A stretch of DNA of 64,000 nucleotides from Promethearchaeota archaeon (GTDB taxonomy: Archaea > Asgardarchaeota > Hermodarchaeia > Hermodarchaeales > Hermodarchaeaceae). Under the pieces are notes generated by a model. That model was not told the DNA's origin, did not search any database, and saw nothing but the letters and a program-made list of their open reading frames with translations. A program made the translations under genes and the position numbers. Positions 9,953 to 18,842 of this stretch are shown here, one piece after another (within the stretch, counting starts at the first letter, position 1; every line of letters starts with the position of its first letter). The stretch covers positions 38,947-102,946 of the forward strand of contig JBHLMG010000007.1 in the NCBI GenBank assembly GCA_048938385.1, given 5' to 3'.

Positions 9953-11020
9953 ATGCCTAAAATCAAGATTGCACTTGCAGGCATTGGGAACTGTGCCAGT
10001 AGCCTCGTTCAAGCCATTCATCATTATGGAAACCCAGAAACAGCAGGCGAAAGTGCAGGGCTCGCTCATCCTATGCTGGGTCATTATGCGATCAGCGATA
10101 TCGAAGTAGTCGCTGCCTTCGACATAAATCAGGAGAAGGTTGGCAACAATCTCGACGAAGCTATTTTTGCGGCTCCAAACAACGCACCTAAATTCTCAGA
10201 GGTTTCTATACCACAGGTGAAGGTTCTACGCGGACCAACCCTCGACGGCCTTCCACCTGAACTACGAACCTTGGTTCAAGAAAGTGATGAACCACCTGTT
10301 GATGTGGCTACAGCTCTACAAGAAACCGGAGCCCAAATCTTGGTGGGCTTACTTCCAAGCGGCGCTCAAGAATCTACTTACTTTTACGCAGAAGAAGCGT
10401 TGAAAGCCGGCTGCGGCTATGTAAACTCTTCGCCTGTGATCCTGACCTGTAACCGGGAATGGGCTAATCGCTTCAGAGAAGCCAGGCTTCCTTTAGTTGG
10501 TGATGACCTTATGAGCCAATTAGGGGCCACGGCCCTTCATCGAGCCCTGTTAGATTTCCTGGTTAAACGAGGCGTGCGAATTGTTGAAAGCTATGCCCTC
10601 GATGTCGGAGGGGGAACTGAATCCATCGAATCTCTGCATCGGGCTCGTGATCAGAAGCGGTCTCTAAAAACTAAAATCGTCTCTGCGGAGGTCCCCTACG
10701 AGGTTCCAGTAACTGCAGGGTCTACGGATTATGTCTACTTCATGGGTAACCGTCGAGAAAGCTACTTTTACCTGAAGGGTCGATACATCGGTGATGCCGA
10801 CTTTCAAATCGATCTTCGTCTAATCAGCCAAGATGCACCGAATAGTACTTCAATTCTTTTGGATGTCATTCGGGGTGTACGAATTGGAATCGATCGGGGG
10901 TTCACGGGTCCTATCGATGCTGTCTGCTCTTATGGCTTCAAGGCTCCTCCCCGACCCTATCCGCTCTCCTTGAGCGAGGCGATTTTTGAACACTTCATTC
11001 GCAGCACTCGTCCAGTTTAA
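9953..11020 (+). CDS. ino1: myo-inositol-1-phosphate synthase, archaeal type
   Basis: GIGNCASSLVQ, VAAFDI, VGDDLMSQLGATALHR, DAPNS, FKAPP. Confidence 0.88.
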   Translation: MPKIKIALAGIGNCASSLVQAIHHYGNPETAGESAGLAHPMLGHYAISDIEVVAAFDINQEKVGNNLDEAIFAAPNNAPKFSEVSIPQVKVLRGPTLDGLPPELRTLVQESDEPPVDVATALQETGAQILVGLLPSGAQESTYFYAEEALKAGCGYVNSSPVILTCNREWANRFREARLPLVGDDLMSQLGATALHRALLDFLVKRGVRIVESYALDVGGGTESIESLHRARDQKRSLKTKIVSAEVPYEVPVTAGSTDYVYFMGNRRESYFYLKGRYIGDADFQIDLRLISQDAPNSTSILLDVIRGVRIGIDRGFTGPIDAVCSYGFKAPPRPYPLSLSEAIFEHFIRSTRPV

Positions 11021-11094
11021 ACACCTAGCTTACCCCGTCATTTTATTAACTACCAGGTGAAACGACTCTACCTATTGCCAGGTGGTGCAACACA

Positions 11095-11979
11095 GTGCGT
11101 ATTGGAATAGCAATGAGTCGAGATCGTCCGAATTGGCCAGTCCGACGCTTAACCCGTGCACTCTCGAACCGAGCCTGCGAAGTGGTCTTGTTTCGTCTAA
11201 GGGATCTTTCCATTCATCTTGATGGTGAGAAGATGCGTTTTCTCTTGCCACGCCGACAACCATTGGATACCAAGGCGATAATTATACGCAGTATCGGAGG
11301 GGGCTCCACTGATCAAATCACCAGCCGGATATCGCTTCTTGAAGCTTTAGAGTTTACAGGAATTCGGGTTTTTAATAGCGCCTACAGTCATCGACGCGCA
11401 AAGGACAAGTTAGCGACCCTAGTCTGGCTTACACATCAGGGCGTACCTGTTCCGAAGACAACGGTCACTGAACGGCTTGCTGTAGCTGTTGCAGCAACAA
11501 AGCGTTACGGTGACATTGTCTCTAAACCGCTCCGTGGCTCCCAAGGACAAGGAATTTTTCGACTCCAAGATCCAGATCTTGCCTTTCGCATTTTTAAAAT
11601 CCTCCAGACTGCTCATCAAACCATGTTCGTTCAACAATACATTGAGACTCCTGGTCGAGACATCAGGGTCTTTGTCGTCGGCGATCAGGTGATTGGAGCC
11701 ATGTATCGGTATGCAAGGCCTGGTAAATGGAAAACTAATGTGGCCCGGGGAGGTAAACCCCAGCTGTGCCCTTTGACAGTAGAGCTCGAAACCCTCGCAT
11801 TGAAAGCTAGTCAGGCAATGAAAATGGACTTTGCAGGCATTGATATTTTAGAAGATGGGAACCGATTGGTAGTCAGTGAGGTGAACTCAGCACCCAATTG
11901 GAGTGGATTGCAAAAGGCTACTGGGGTGGATGCGGCGGAACAAATCGTGGACTACCTGTTAAGAGAAATTAAAGCATAA
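11095..11979 (+). CDS. RimK-family ATP-grasp alpha-L-glutamate ligase (MptN/CofF-like)
   Basis: KDKL, KPLRGSQGQG, RDIRVFVVG, WKTNVARGG, GIDIL, EVNSAP. Confidence 0.9.
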   Translation: MRIGIAMSRDRPNWPVRRLTRALSNRACEVVLFRLRDLSIHLDGEKMRFLLPRRQPLDTKAIIIRSIGGGSTDQITSRISLLEALEFTGIRVFNSAYSHRRAKDKLATLVWLTHQGVPVPKTTVTERLAVAVAATKRYGDIVSKPLRGSQGQGIFRLQDPDLAFRIFKILQTAHQTMFVQQYIETPGRDIRVFVVGDQVIGAMYRYARPGKWKTNVARGGKPQLCPLTVELETLALKASQAMKMDFAGIDILEDGNRLVVSEVNSAPNWSGLQKATGVDAAEQIVDYLLREIKA

Positions 11980-11984
11980 ACCTC

Positions 11985-12036
11985 AGAAAAAAGGGAAAGG
12001 AGGGAGGGCAATACGCCGAGGTATTACAACTCCCTC
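11985..12036 (-). terminator. Stem-loop followed by pyrimidine/U tract
   Basis: GAGGGAG (12000-12006) pairs with CTCCCTC (12030-12036), inner AATAC/GTATT stem; on the minus strand it is followed by CTTTCCCTTTTTTCT. Confidence 0.55.
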
Positions 12037-12053
12037 GAAGGCTTTCTTAAGTT

Positions 12054-12092
12054 TTAGAAAGGGTCAATGGGACCCCATTCGCTCGGATTCAT
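12054..12092 (-). CDS. Candidate 12-aa micropeptide MNPSEWGPIDPF
   Basis: ATG preceded by GAGGA at 5 nt spacing; promoter-like AACGCTTAAAAA at 12159-12170; hairpin and U tract downstream. Confidence 0.4.
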   Translation of the reverse strand: MNPSEWGPIDPF

Positions 12093-12158
12093 GCTATTCC
12101 TCGCCTTAAATGGTGGATGGGGTTTGTTGTGTCCGGTAACCGCCTGGAATTTGTGGGG

Positions 12159-12170
12159 TTTTTAAGCGTT
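12159..12170 (-). promoter_or_regulatory. BRE/TATA-like promoter
   Basis: AACGCTTAAAAA on the minus strand, identical to the 12-mer at 18808-18819 and matching AACGCTTAAA at 9871-9880. Confidence 0.55.
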
Positions 12171-12513
12171 ATGCGCAGCAGACTATCTTTCAGGGGGGAA
12201 AAATAGGCTCTTAGACCTATTTGGAGGGCGTTCTTGCTCGAGGTAGAGGCACCGCTAGTTGTTGATCTGTCCTAAAGTGTAGTAATGAGAAATTTATTCA
12301 GATTAAAAATTGTGCTGGTGAATTAACTCTCAAGAATCGGTGTATTCACCTATTTCAGTTCTTAGCTACTAATCATGAAATTCACACACATACTGCACAT
12401 GGTCCCTCGTCTTATTTTTTACAGCTCTCACAGAATGGCGCTTCATGAATCACTTTCACATTTTCTCTCCCAAGCCCTTAAAAGAGTATCAAATGACGCT
12501 GAAAATTTGATGG

Positions 12514-12639
12514 AGCGAGAACTTGCAGACACGAAGCGTCTCACAGTATCTCTGCCACCAGATGTGCCAGCGGCTCAAAGGGAGCGTGGTCGATCTGGTG
12601 GGAAGACTGTCCTCACGACTGGTCTGCTTTGCTCTCGCT
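12514..12639 (+). ncRNA. Candidate rod-like structured RNA or 5' leader of the GH3 gene
   Basis: Nested helices AGCGAGA/TCTCGCT, GCAGAC/GTCTGC, ACAGT/ACTGT, CCACCAGAT/ATCTGGTGG, GCTC/GAGC; TATA-like CTTAAAAG about 30 nt upstream. Confidence 0.5.
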
Positions 12640-12672
12640 GATAAAAAACAGAAACAAAAGGAGAGATAAAAC

Positions 12673-14250
12673 ATGATTTGGTCCTTCTTCTCAAAGCTTC
12701 TCTATCGAACCAAAGTAAAACCATTCTTAAAGACACTCGATGATCCAATGGCTGCTCAAGAACAATGTCTTAAGAACCTTCTCACTTACGCTGCTAATAC
12801 ACATTATGGTAAGCGACAGGGATTTTCTGATATCCGAAACTATGAAGAGTTTTCACAGCAGGTTCCGATTAACCAGTATAAGGATTTCCAACCTTACATC
12901 CAACAAGAGATGAACGGTACTCCTAACCTTCTGTACCCTGAACCCATTAACTCGGTTATGTCGACAAGTGGTACAACAGGTGAACCGAAACTCGTTCCAT
13001 ACACGGAATCAACCTGGAAGGTGGCTAACCGGTTCCGTCATCGCTATTTTGGCAGTGGAGGCCATATTCGTCCTTATCTTCACGGTAAGTTACTGACAAT
13101 TGTTGCACCTGCAGTGTATCGACGGATTGGAAACTGGGATGTTGGTTATGTCTCGGGGTATGGGTTAAAGAAAAGTGGGAAACTAATGGCTAGCAAATTG
13201 GTACCTCACCCCTCTGTCTTTGACCTCGTCGATTGGCACGAGAAATTCCAAGAAACGATTCGTCAGGCTGTAGCGTGTGAAAAGGTCACTGCTAGTCTGG
13301 GAGCTACCTCTTTTATGATGGCACTGCTCCGCCGTATCAAGTACGAATCCTATGATTGGCTCATGCGTGATTCACAGATACCTGAGAAGGTTCGAAGCCG
13401 CATTGAAGCTGCACATCTGGGCGACGGCATCATTGACATACAGACATTATGGCCTGACTATTCACTCTTCTTCCACGCTGCGGTCGTTCGTGACTTATAT
13501 GAACCTGTTGTACAAGATCTCGCTGGAGATGTCCACATCCATGAATCATATGCAAGCACCGAGGGTGTTTTTTGCTGCCAACTCTATGAAGACAAACACG
13601 GCGTTGTCCCTATGGTCGATGATGTCTTCTTCGAATTCGCCGAGATGCAGGAGGGTCGGCTTGCACCTGACGCTAAGACAATTCCTCTCAGTGATGTGAA
13701 ACTGAATACACCATATCGTGTCGTAGTCAGTGGAAAAACCTGTCTCTGGCGATATGATCATCAAGATGTCGTCGTCTTTATTGATACTGATCCCCCAACC
13801 ATGCGATGTCTGGGTAAAAGTAAAAATGTGATCAGTATCAGTGGTGAGAAAGTTACCGAAAGTGACCTTGGTCTAGCTCTGCGTACAGCCTGTGAAACGC
13901 AGGACGCCTTGTATCAAGAATTCGTCGTTGCCCCCCTCATTACCGAAACCGAAAGTAGTTACCACATCTTCGTCGAATTCACTAAGCCACCAACTAATAT
14001 CGAAACCCTCAGTAGCGACATCGACCAGGCTCTCAAGAACCTTAGTGATGCCTACCATCTCGTCCGAAATGCAGGAGCGATCTCTAATGTTGTGGTTCAT
14101 CCCGTGCCTTCAGGTAGCTTTGCAGCCTACGAAAACCAGCGCCTACTATCCGGCCAAGCCATCGTCGGGCAAACTAAGCCACCACGACTCATCAGCTTCA
14201 ATGACGCTACCCAGCAACTTCTTCAGGTTCCGGTACTCACTACGAACTAA
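12673..14250 (+). CDS. GH3 family acyl-acid amido synthetase
   Basis: STSGTTGEPKLVP, YASTEG, WRYD..DVV, GEKV, GQTKPPRL. Confidence 0.9.
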   Translation: MIWSFFSKLLYRTKVKPFLKTLDDPMAAQEQCLKNLLTYAANTHYGKRQGFSDIRNYEEFSQQVPINQYKDFQPYIQQEMNGTPNLLYPEPINSVMSTSGTTGEPKLVPYTESTWKVANRFRHRYFGSGGHIRPYLHGKLLTIVAPAVYRRIGNWDVGYVSGYGLKKSGKLMASKLVPHPSVFDLVDWHEKFQETIRQAVACEKVTASLGATSFMMALLRRIKYESYDWLMRDSQIPEKVRSRIEAAHLGDGIIDIQTLWPDYSLFFHAAVVRDLYEPVVQDLAGDVHIHESYASTEGVFCCQLYEDKHGVVPMVDDVFFEFAEMQEGRLAPDAKTIPLSDVKLNTPYRVVVSGKTCLWRYDHQDVVVFIDTDPPTMRCLGKSKNVISISGEKVTESDLGLALRTACETQDALYQEFVVAPLITETESSYHIFVEFTKPPTNIETLSSDIDQALKNLSDAYHLVRNAGAISNVVVHPVPSGSFAAYENQRLLSGQAIVGQTKPPRLISFNDATQQLLQVPVLTTN

Positions 14251-14334
14251 GACGCAAAGAGCAAGGATCCTTCTCTTTCTTAGTAGGGATCCTGATCTCT
14301 CTTATTTTCGAGTCTTAGAGGGGGTTTCCCAGGT

Positions 14335-15012
14335 TCAACGGTGATATCTCGGTCGAATCAACAAACCTGCTGTGAGAGTGATCATTCCTATCAGATCGAT
14401 GAGTTCGGAAACCCAGATGATGCCCATTGCATCAAGTGGGTTTTTCAGCACTTGTCCTACTAGGGCAATGACGGCACCAATGCTCATTATGAGCCCGTGA
14501 ACATCTGGAAGCCGTTTTAGGTACCATGCCGTCATGAATGTGATGATGAAGGCTAGGAAGGCAGTCGCTAAGAAGGGAAGAAGAACAAACCGAACAATTT
14601 CAATAGTCATTGAAAGCCAAATGGCTGCGATAGCAGCTAGCGCAAAAATAACAGTTATTGCGAAACCCATTTTCCTTCGTTCAGATGTCCAAATGAGAAC
14701 TGAAGCTAAGAGCCAAAGAGAGAGGGTGAACACGGTGAGGCTCACTCGAAGTTGGTAAAAAGGCAGCGTATATGTTGCAAGTCCGATTGTGTCTGAAGCG
14801 AGACCAGAATCGAAGAAAACATCGATAGCTTCTGCCGCGCCGGCAAAGAACATACCGATACCAAAGAGAAATGGGATATCGGTGAAAAAGCGGGCTTCAG
14901 CACGAAACCACCGATAAAACAATAGTATGCCTATCAGGAACATGGTGATTATTTTGGCTAATTCAAAAATCCACAAGGGATCAGCGGAGGGAAATGCCAT
15001 CGTTGGTCGCAT
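14335..15012 (-). CDS. Hypothetical multi-pass (about 7 TM) membrane protein
   Basis: Long ORF with about 7 hydrophobic helices; start probably at 15000. Confidence 0.75.
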   Translation of the reverse strand: MRPTMAFPSADPLWIFELAKIITMFLIGILLFYRWFRAEARFFTDIPFLFGIGMFFAGAAEAIDVFFDSGLASDTIGLATYTLPFYQLRVSLTVFTLSLWLLASVLIWTSERRKMGFAITVIFALAAIAAIWLSMTIEIVRFVLLPFLATAFLAFIITFMTAWYLKRLPDVHGLIMSIGAVIALVGQVLKNPLDAMGIIWVSELIDLIGMITLTAGLLIRPRYHR

Positions 15013-15284
15013 CCTTAGGGGGCAATGGTAGCGCTGATATACTGCTCCCTTTCAGGCATATAAACTACTATCTGCGGATATTTCACAAATATTATAGTAC
15101 TCTTGGGACCGCTTGCATCCTCCACTCTTTATGCTGTGTTTTTGGTAACTCTCATGACGAGTACCCGGCTCAATAACATCTACGCGCTAGATCGACTATT
15201 GACGAGTTCAATCTGTTTGTAGACTTCAAAAAGAGCAAGATGCGACTTTGACGAACAATACAGTGTGCGTTCTACCTTACCAAT

Positions 15285-16232
15285 TTAGGTTTCGTCTTGT
15301 AGAACGCCTGCGGTTATGAGTAATTGACAGAGAAAGGAGTGTGCATCTATAGGGTTCCGAAAGGCTGTGTGTTTGAGGGGGATGAAACTTTCCCGCAACT
15401 GGTCGAATTTCGAATTAAAGGAACCCGGAGCTGATACATTCCCTTTGAGCTGATCCAATTCAAAGACTCGGGCACGAGCATGATCAACGATACCGCATAA
15501 CCCTGCCCAAGTTAGATAATCTGTTTTTCCGAGGGTGTTAATAGCGCGTGCAGCATCAATGAGGAGAAATGAGAGGAGCCAAGGGGAAGATGCGGCTTCC
15601 GGATATGTGGGTAAAGGAAGTTCGTAAAGGTAGCTCATATAATGATGTACTACTCCGATCGTAAATCCGCGTTCGATGAGAATATGATCAGCGACATAGG
15701 TTCGTAATCTTAGAATCGCTTCAAGCATTATCGAATAGATTGTGGGATCACTGTCGTCAGGTTCGTGAGGGACAATCGGATCTAATACATAGTCGGGAGT
15801 AACGCGAACTGGTTGACAATCTAAATACGAAGGCCAAACCATGCTGGGGGTCGTATTTGGCAGATAGTACGGATAGTCATCATAAGCATGAGTGAAAAAT
15901 TGTGTAAATCCTAAAGGAATTAGGTAATCGAAGTCATGACGACAAGGAGTTTCCAAAGGGTCTGCTACAAGGACGCAGGTATCGCGGTTAGACCATAACG
16001 GCATCCAAGCCATATGAGGCCATAAGGAGTCCTGATCTTCATCTAATGGCAAAGCAATGATGCGAATTCGTGTATCCGTGGAGAAGGTGTCCTGAATAGT
16101 TTTAATCGCAGGCAGGTACTTGATTGTTGCCTCACGATAACCAGTAGTCATTAGCAGTTGGTCTAGGGCATCATCTCGAAGGCCGTAGCCTTCACTAATT
16201 CCATCAAGTGGAAGAAGCGTTGATGGTTCCAT
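15285..16232 (-). CDS. Hypothetical protein
   Basis: 315-aa ORF filling the gap; no recognised motif. Confidence 0.7.
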   Translation of the reverse strand: MEPSTLLPLDGISEGYGLRDDALDQLLMTTGYREATIKYLPAIKTIQDTFSTDTRIRIIALPLDEDQDSLWPHMAWMPLWSNRDTCVLVADPLETPCRHDFDYLIPLGFTQFFTHAYDDYPYYLPNTTPSMVWPSYLDCQPVRVTPDYVLDPIVPHEPDDSDPTIYSIMLEAILRLRTYVADHILIERGFTIGVVHHYMSYLYELPLPTYPEAASSPWLLSFLLIDAARAINTLGKTDYLTWAGLCGIVDHARARVFELDQLKGNVSAPGSFNSKFDQLRESFIPLKHTAFRNPIDAHSFLCQLLITAGVLQDET

Positions 16233-16318
16233 CGTAGTTCAATTGATTGCCCGTTTTTTGATGTTTTTATATAGATTGTGGTGGCTAGCAGACAAGTATT
16301 TTTTTGGTATTGGGCTAG

Positions 16319-17578
16319 TTACTGCCATTCGCGGAGGATGAGCATCGTCTCCATATCGATGACTCCTGGGACTTCTTCGATGTTCTTTAGGGTTTTAGCC
16401 CGTGTACTTGCCAAACTCCGAATATCGATTCGGATGATATAGTCCCATTTACCTGAAATGGCTGAAACGCGACTCACACCATGGATTTTTCGGAGTTTTG
16501 TTAGAATATCGCCGGTTCCTGGCCGGATTTTCACAAGGATGTAACCCCGCATTTCACTCATGGAGAGGGCTATGATTCCAGAAATGACAAAGACGGTGCC
16601 AATGATTTTAATCAGCCATGAGAGAAAATCTGTAGCAGGTGGGTTATACACTCCTGGGAAGAGATTCGCTCCAAGAAGAGTCAAGGGAATCCCAAGAATG
16701 ATGGACACTGATCCAATCGCTTGAACCACTGACATCTTCCCGCGACCTAATGCCTGTAAGTAGGCTATAAGCGAGAAAAAGGTCAATCCAACAGGCGCAA
16801 AAAGCCAAGGCCAAATCGTTGGAAAATTAAATAATAGCATTAGAATAGCATCTGGAGTGATGAATGGAATCATGAAAATGGTCATGAATAAGTTCAAGAA
16901 AAGCAAAATCCAAAGGCGCAAATTTAGCGAATCGATGGTCGCTTCACGACGAACTTCAGTTCGTTTTGCGCGACTTTGAAAAAAAACGCTTATCGATACG
17001 CCTCCTGCCCAAAAAACGATGACTATGAAAAGCATTCGAAGATCGAAGATTCCAGGTGTGATACCCACTAAAAGGACGCCAAAGGTGATAGCGACAATCG
17101 AGAGGGCTTCAATCGGACTGGGCCAATCTCGAAGGAGGATGAGATCACCAATCATGAGGTAAATCAAGGAGAACCGAGAAAAGGGAATCACGGCTGAAAC
17201 ATCCGCGCTCAGTCCTGTTATGAAATAGTAAGCAAAAGTGCTCGCTCCCGAGAATACTCCTGCTAGAACGACATCTAGTAGAATCTTGCGTGAAGGTAGG
17301 CTTATGTGCGCAAAGGAGCGGTCTAGATGAGTTCCAAGGCTTCTTCGGCGTGGTCGGTTAACCGGGATGCTGAGCACGAGAAGCAAAATGAAGGTGAAAA
17401 GCAACGCAAACCACTGTTCTGCTAGGGCAAACGCAATTGGATTGGGTAGCAAGACCCGGTAGACAAAGACATCGGAAAACACAGAGAATGCAAATAACAC
17501 TCCGGCTGTTAACGCCAAGAAGTAGAAAGTTACACGGGCTCCCGAACGCCCAATCCTCCTTTCCATTGCAGCTCGCAA
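16319..17578 (-). CDS. EamA/DMT-like membrane protein fused to a C-terminal Lrp/AsnC ligand-binding (RAM) domain
   Basis: About 10 TM segments with DMT-like repeats (DVSAVIPF, GKMSVVQAI), then GYILVK...VSAISGKWDYIIRI...IEEVPGVIDMETML. Confidence 0.75.
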   Translation of the reverse strand: MRAAMERRIGRSGARVTFYFLALTAGVLFAFSVFSDVFVYRVLLPNPIAFALAEQWFALLFTFILLLVLSIPVNRPRRRSLGTHLDRSFAHISLPSRKILLDVVLAGVFSGASTFAYYFITGLSADVSAVIPFSRFSLIYLMIGDLILLRDWPSPIEALSIVAITFGVLLVGITPGIFDLRMLFIVIVFWAGGVSISVFFQSRAKRTEVRREATIDSLNLRLWILLFLNLFMTIFMIPFITPDAILMLLFNFPTIWPWLFAPVGLTFFSLIAYLQALGRGKMSVVQAIGSVSIILGIPLTLLGANLFPGVYNPPATDFLSWLIKIIGTVFVISGIIALSMSEMRGYILVKIRPGTGDILTKLRKIHGVSRVSAISGKWDYIIRIDIRSLASTRAKTLKNIEEVPGVIDMETMLILREWQ

Positions 17579-17613
17579 GGCTTTCCTTCTCCTCGGTAAA
17601 TCGTGAATTCTAG

Positions 17614-17853
17614 TTAAAATTCCTTCTCTACAACTGCCGTGGTGATGGCTTCTAAACCTTGGATTTTACCAATTTTGTTAGCTGTCAAGTCGTAAAGCGT
17701 TTCAAGGTTGGGTAAGTCAAATCTAGCAATGATATCGTATTCTCCAGTTGTTACCGTGATACTTGTTGCAGTCTCAAGTTCCCGCAAAGCATCCACAGCT
17801 TTTTGGATGTGTCCCATAAACACCTTGATCATAATGTATACTGCGACTTCCAT
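17614..17853 (-). CDS. Stand-alone Lrp/AsnC ligand-binding (RAM) domain protein
   Basis: VYIMIK...VTTGEYDIIAR...IGKIQGL..ITTAV; no HTH. Confidence 0.88.
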   Translation of the reverse strand: MEVAVYIMIKVFMGHIQKAVDALRELETATSITVTTGEYDIIARFDLPNLETLYDLTANKIGKIQGLEAITTAVVEKEF

Positions 17854-18032
17854 TGCATCTCGCCTTTACTACAGATAGTGCCCTCACCTCTCATTCGATG
17901 ATTAAAGGTTTTTCCTTAAAAATGGAAGAATCGAGGCTCTTCGTGATTCACCTATGCCTTCTGAAGTACACCGCAACTGGGATCTCTTATTTTCAGAGTT
18001 GACGACAGGGCGACTAACGCTGAATCGGTTTC

Positions 18033-18335
18033 TTATACTTTCAAGAGATGGTCGGTTTCTGATTCCATTTTTACACAGGTTTCAATGAAATCATCAAGGG
18101 CGTATCGTTCACTTCCCACACAATGCTGTGCTTTAAGGCGTGCTGAATGAATGGCTATTAGTAGTGATTCTCGAACAGCATTCTCAATAGGCATTCCCAA
18201 TGAAAGAAGATGGGGGATCTGCTCGACTAATCCCTTTGCCAAGGGCAACGCTGGTCCACGCGCTTTTAGAGCAACTCGGTTTACGGTGGCTTTTATCAAC
18301 CAATGCGACTCAATCATTCCACACACACTCCACAT
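18033..18335 (-). CDS. Hypothetical protein
   Basis: 100-aa helical ORF. Confidence 0.55.
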   Translation of the reverse strand: MWSVCGMIESHWLIKATVNRVALKARGPALPLAKGLVEQIPHLLSLGMPIENAVRESLLIAIHSARLKAQHCVGSERYALDDFIETCVKMESETDHLLKV

Positions 18336-18807
18336 TGTATCCTCACAAACTACACTACTTAAACATCACAAATTTCTTGTGGCTCTTTTCCATTAAACTC
18401 TTCTTGGCGACGAATTTCAATAAATTGGCTGACGCTGTGAAATTATTCTCCAGAAAGGGTTAAAATGAAAATTCCAAACCATTGAACAAACGCCTTCCAA
18501 AGGTAGTTTAGAATTTTCTGAAGTTTTGGCTACTATTTTCAGCAACTCTTATTCGTTTAGCTAGATTTTTCAAAAAAAACTTGATCCAACTGAAAATTCT
18601 AGCAGAAATGTAACATTAGGTGAGGATTGCTACCCTACCCTGTGAGAACTTGTTGTTGACCGTAGCTTCTCCAATACGGCAATGAAAAATGAAACCAATC
18701 GCAAAAAATAGTTCCTTAGTATGAGGCATTTCTTGGGATTAAAACTCACTTCTAACAGCATGGGCTTGCTTCAAGTCCTCAGTAATTCGTCGTCCTCCAC
18801 GAATAGG

Positions 18808-18819
18808 AACGCTTAAAAA
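18808..18819 (+). promoter_or_regulatory. BRE/TATA-like promoter of a probably leaderless transcript starting near 18843
   Basis: AACGCTTAAAAA about 24 nt before the TTG start. Confidence 0.55.
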
Positions 18820-18842
18820 AGTACCAAATTCCTCGCCCGGCT

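Noticed and set aside
12514-12639. SRP RNA or RNase P RNA
   Set aside because: Too short for archaeal SRP RNA, with no GNRA helix-8 loop or Alu domain; no RNase P GAGGAAAGUCC-type motif.
12375-12674. ORFs 12375-12641 (+) and 12489-12674 (-)
   Set aside because: No protein motifs; the region is better explained by a promoter plus a structured RNA leader.
18340-18840. Replication origin in the AT-rich intergenic region (GATCCAACTGAAAAT resembles a mini-ORB)
   Set aside because: Single weak match, no repeated ORBs and no cdc6/orc1 nearby.
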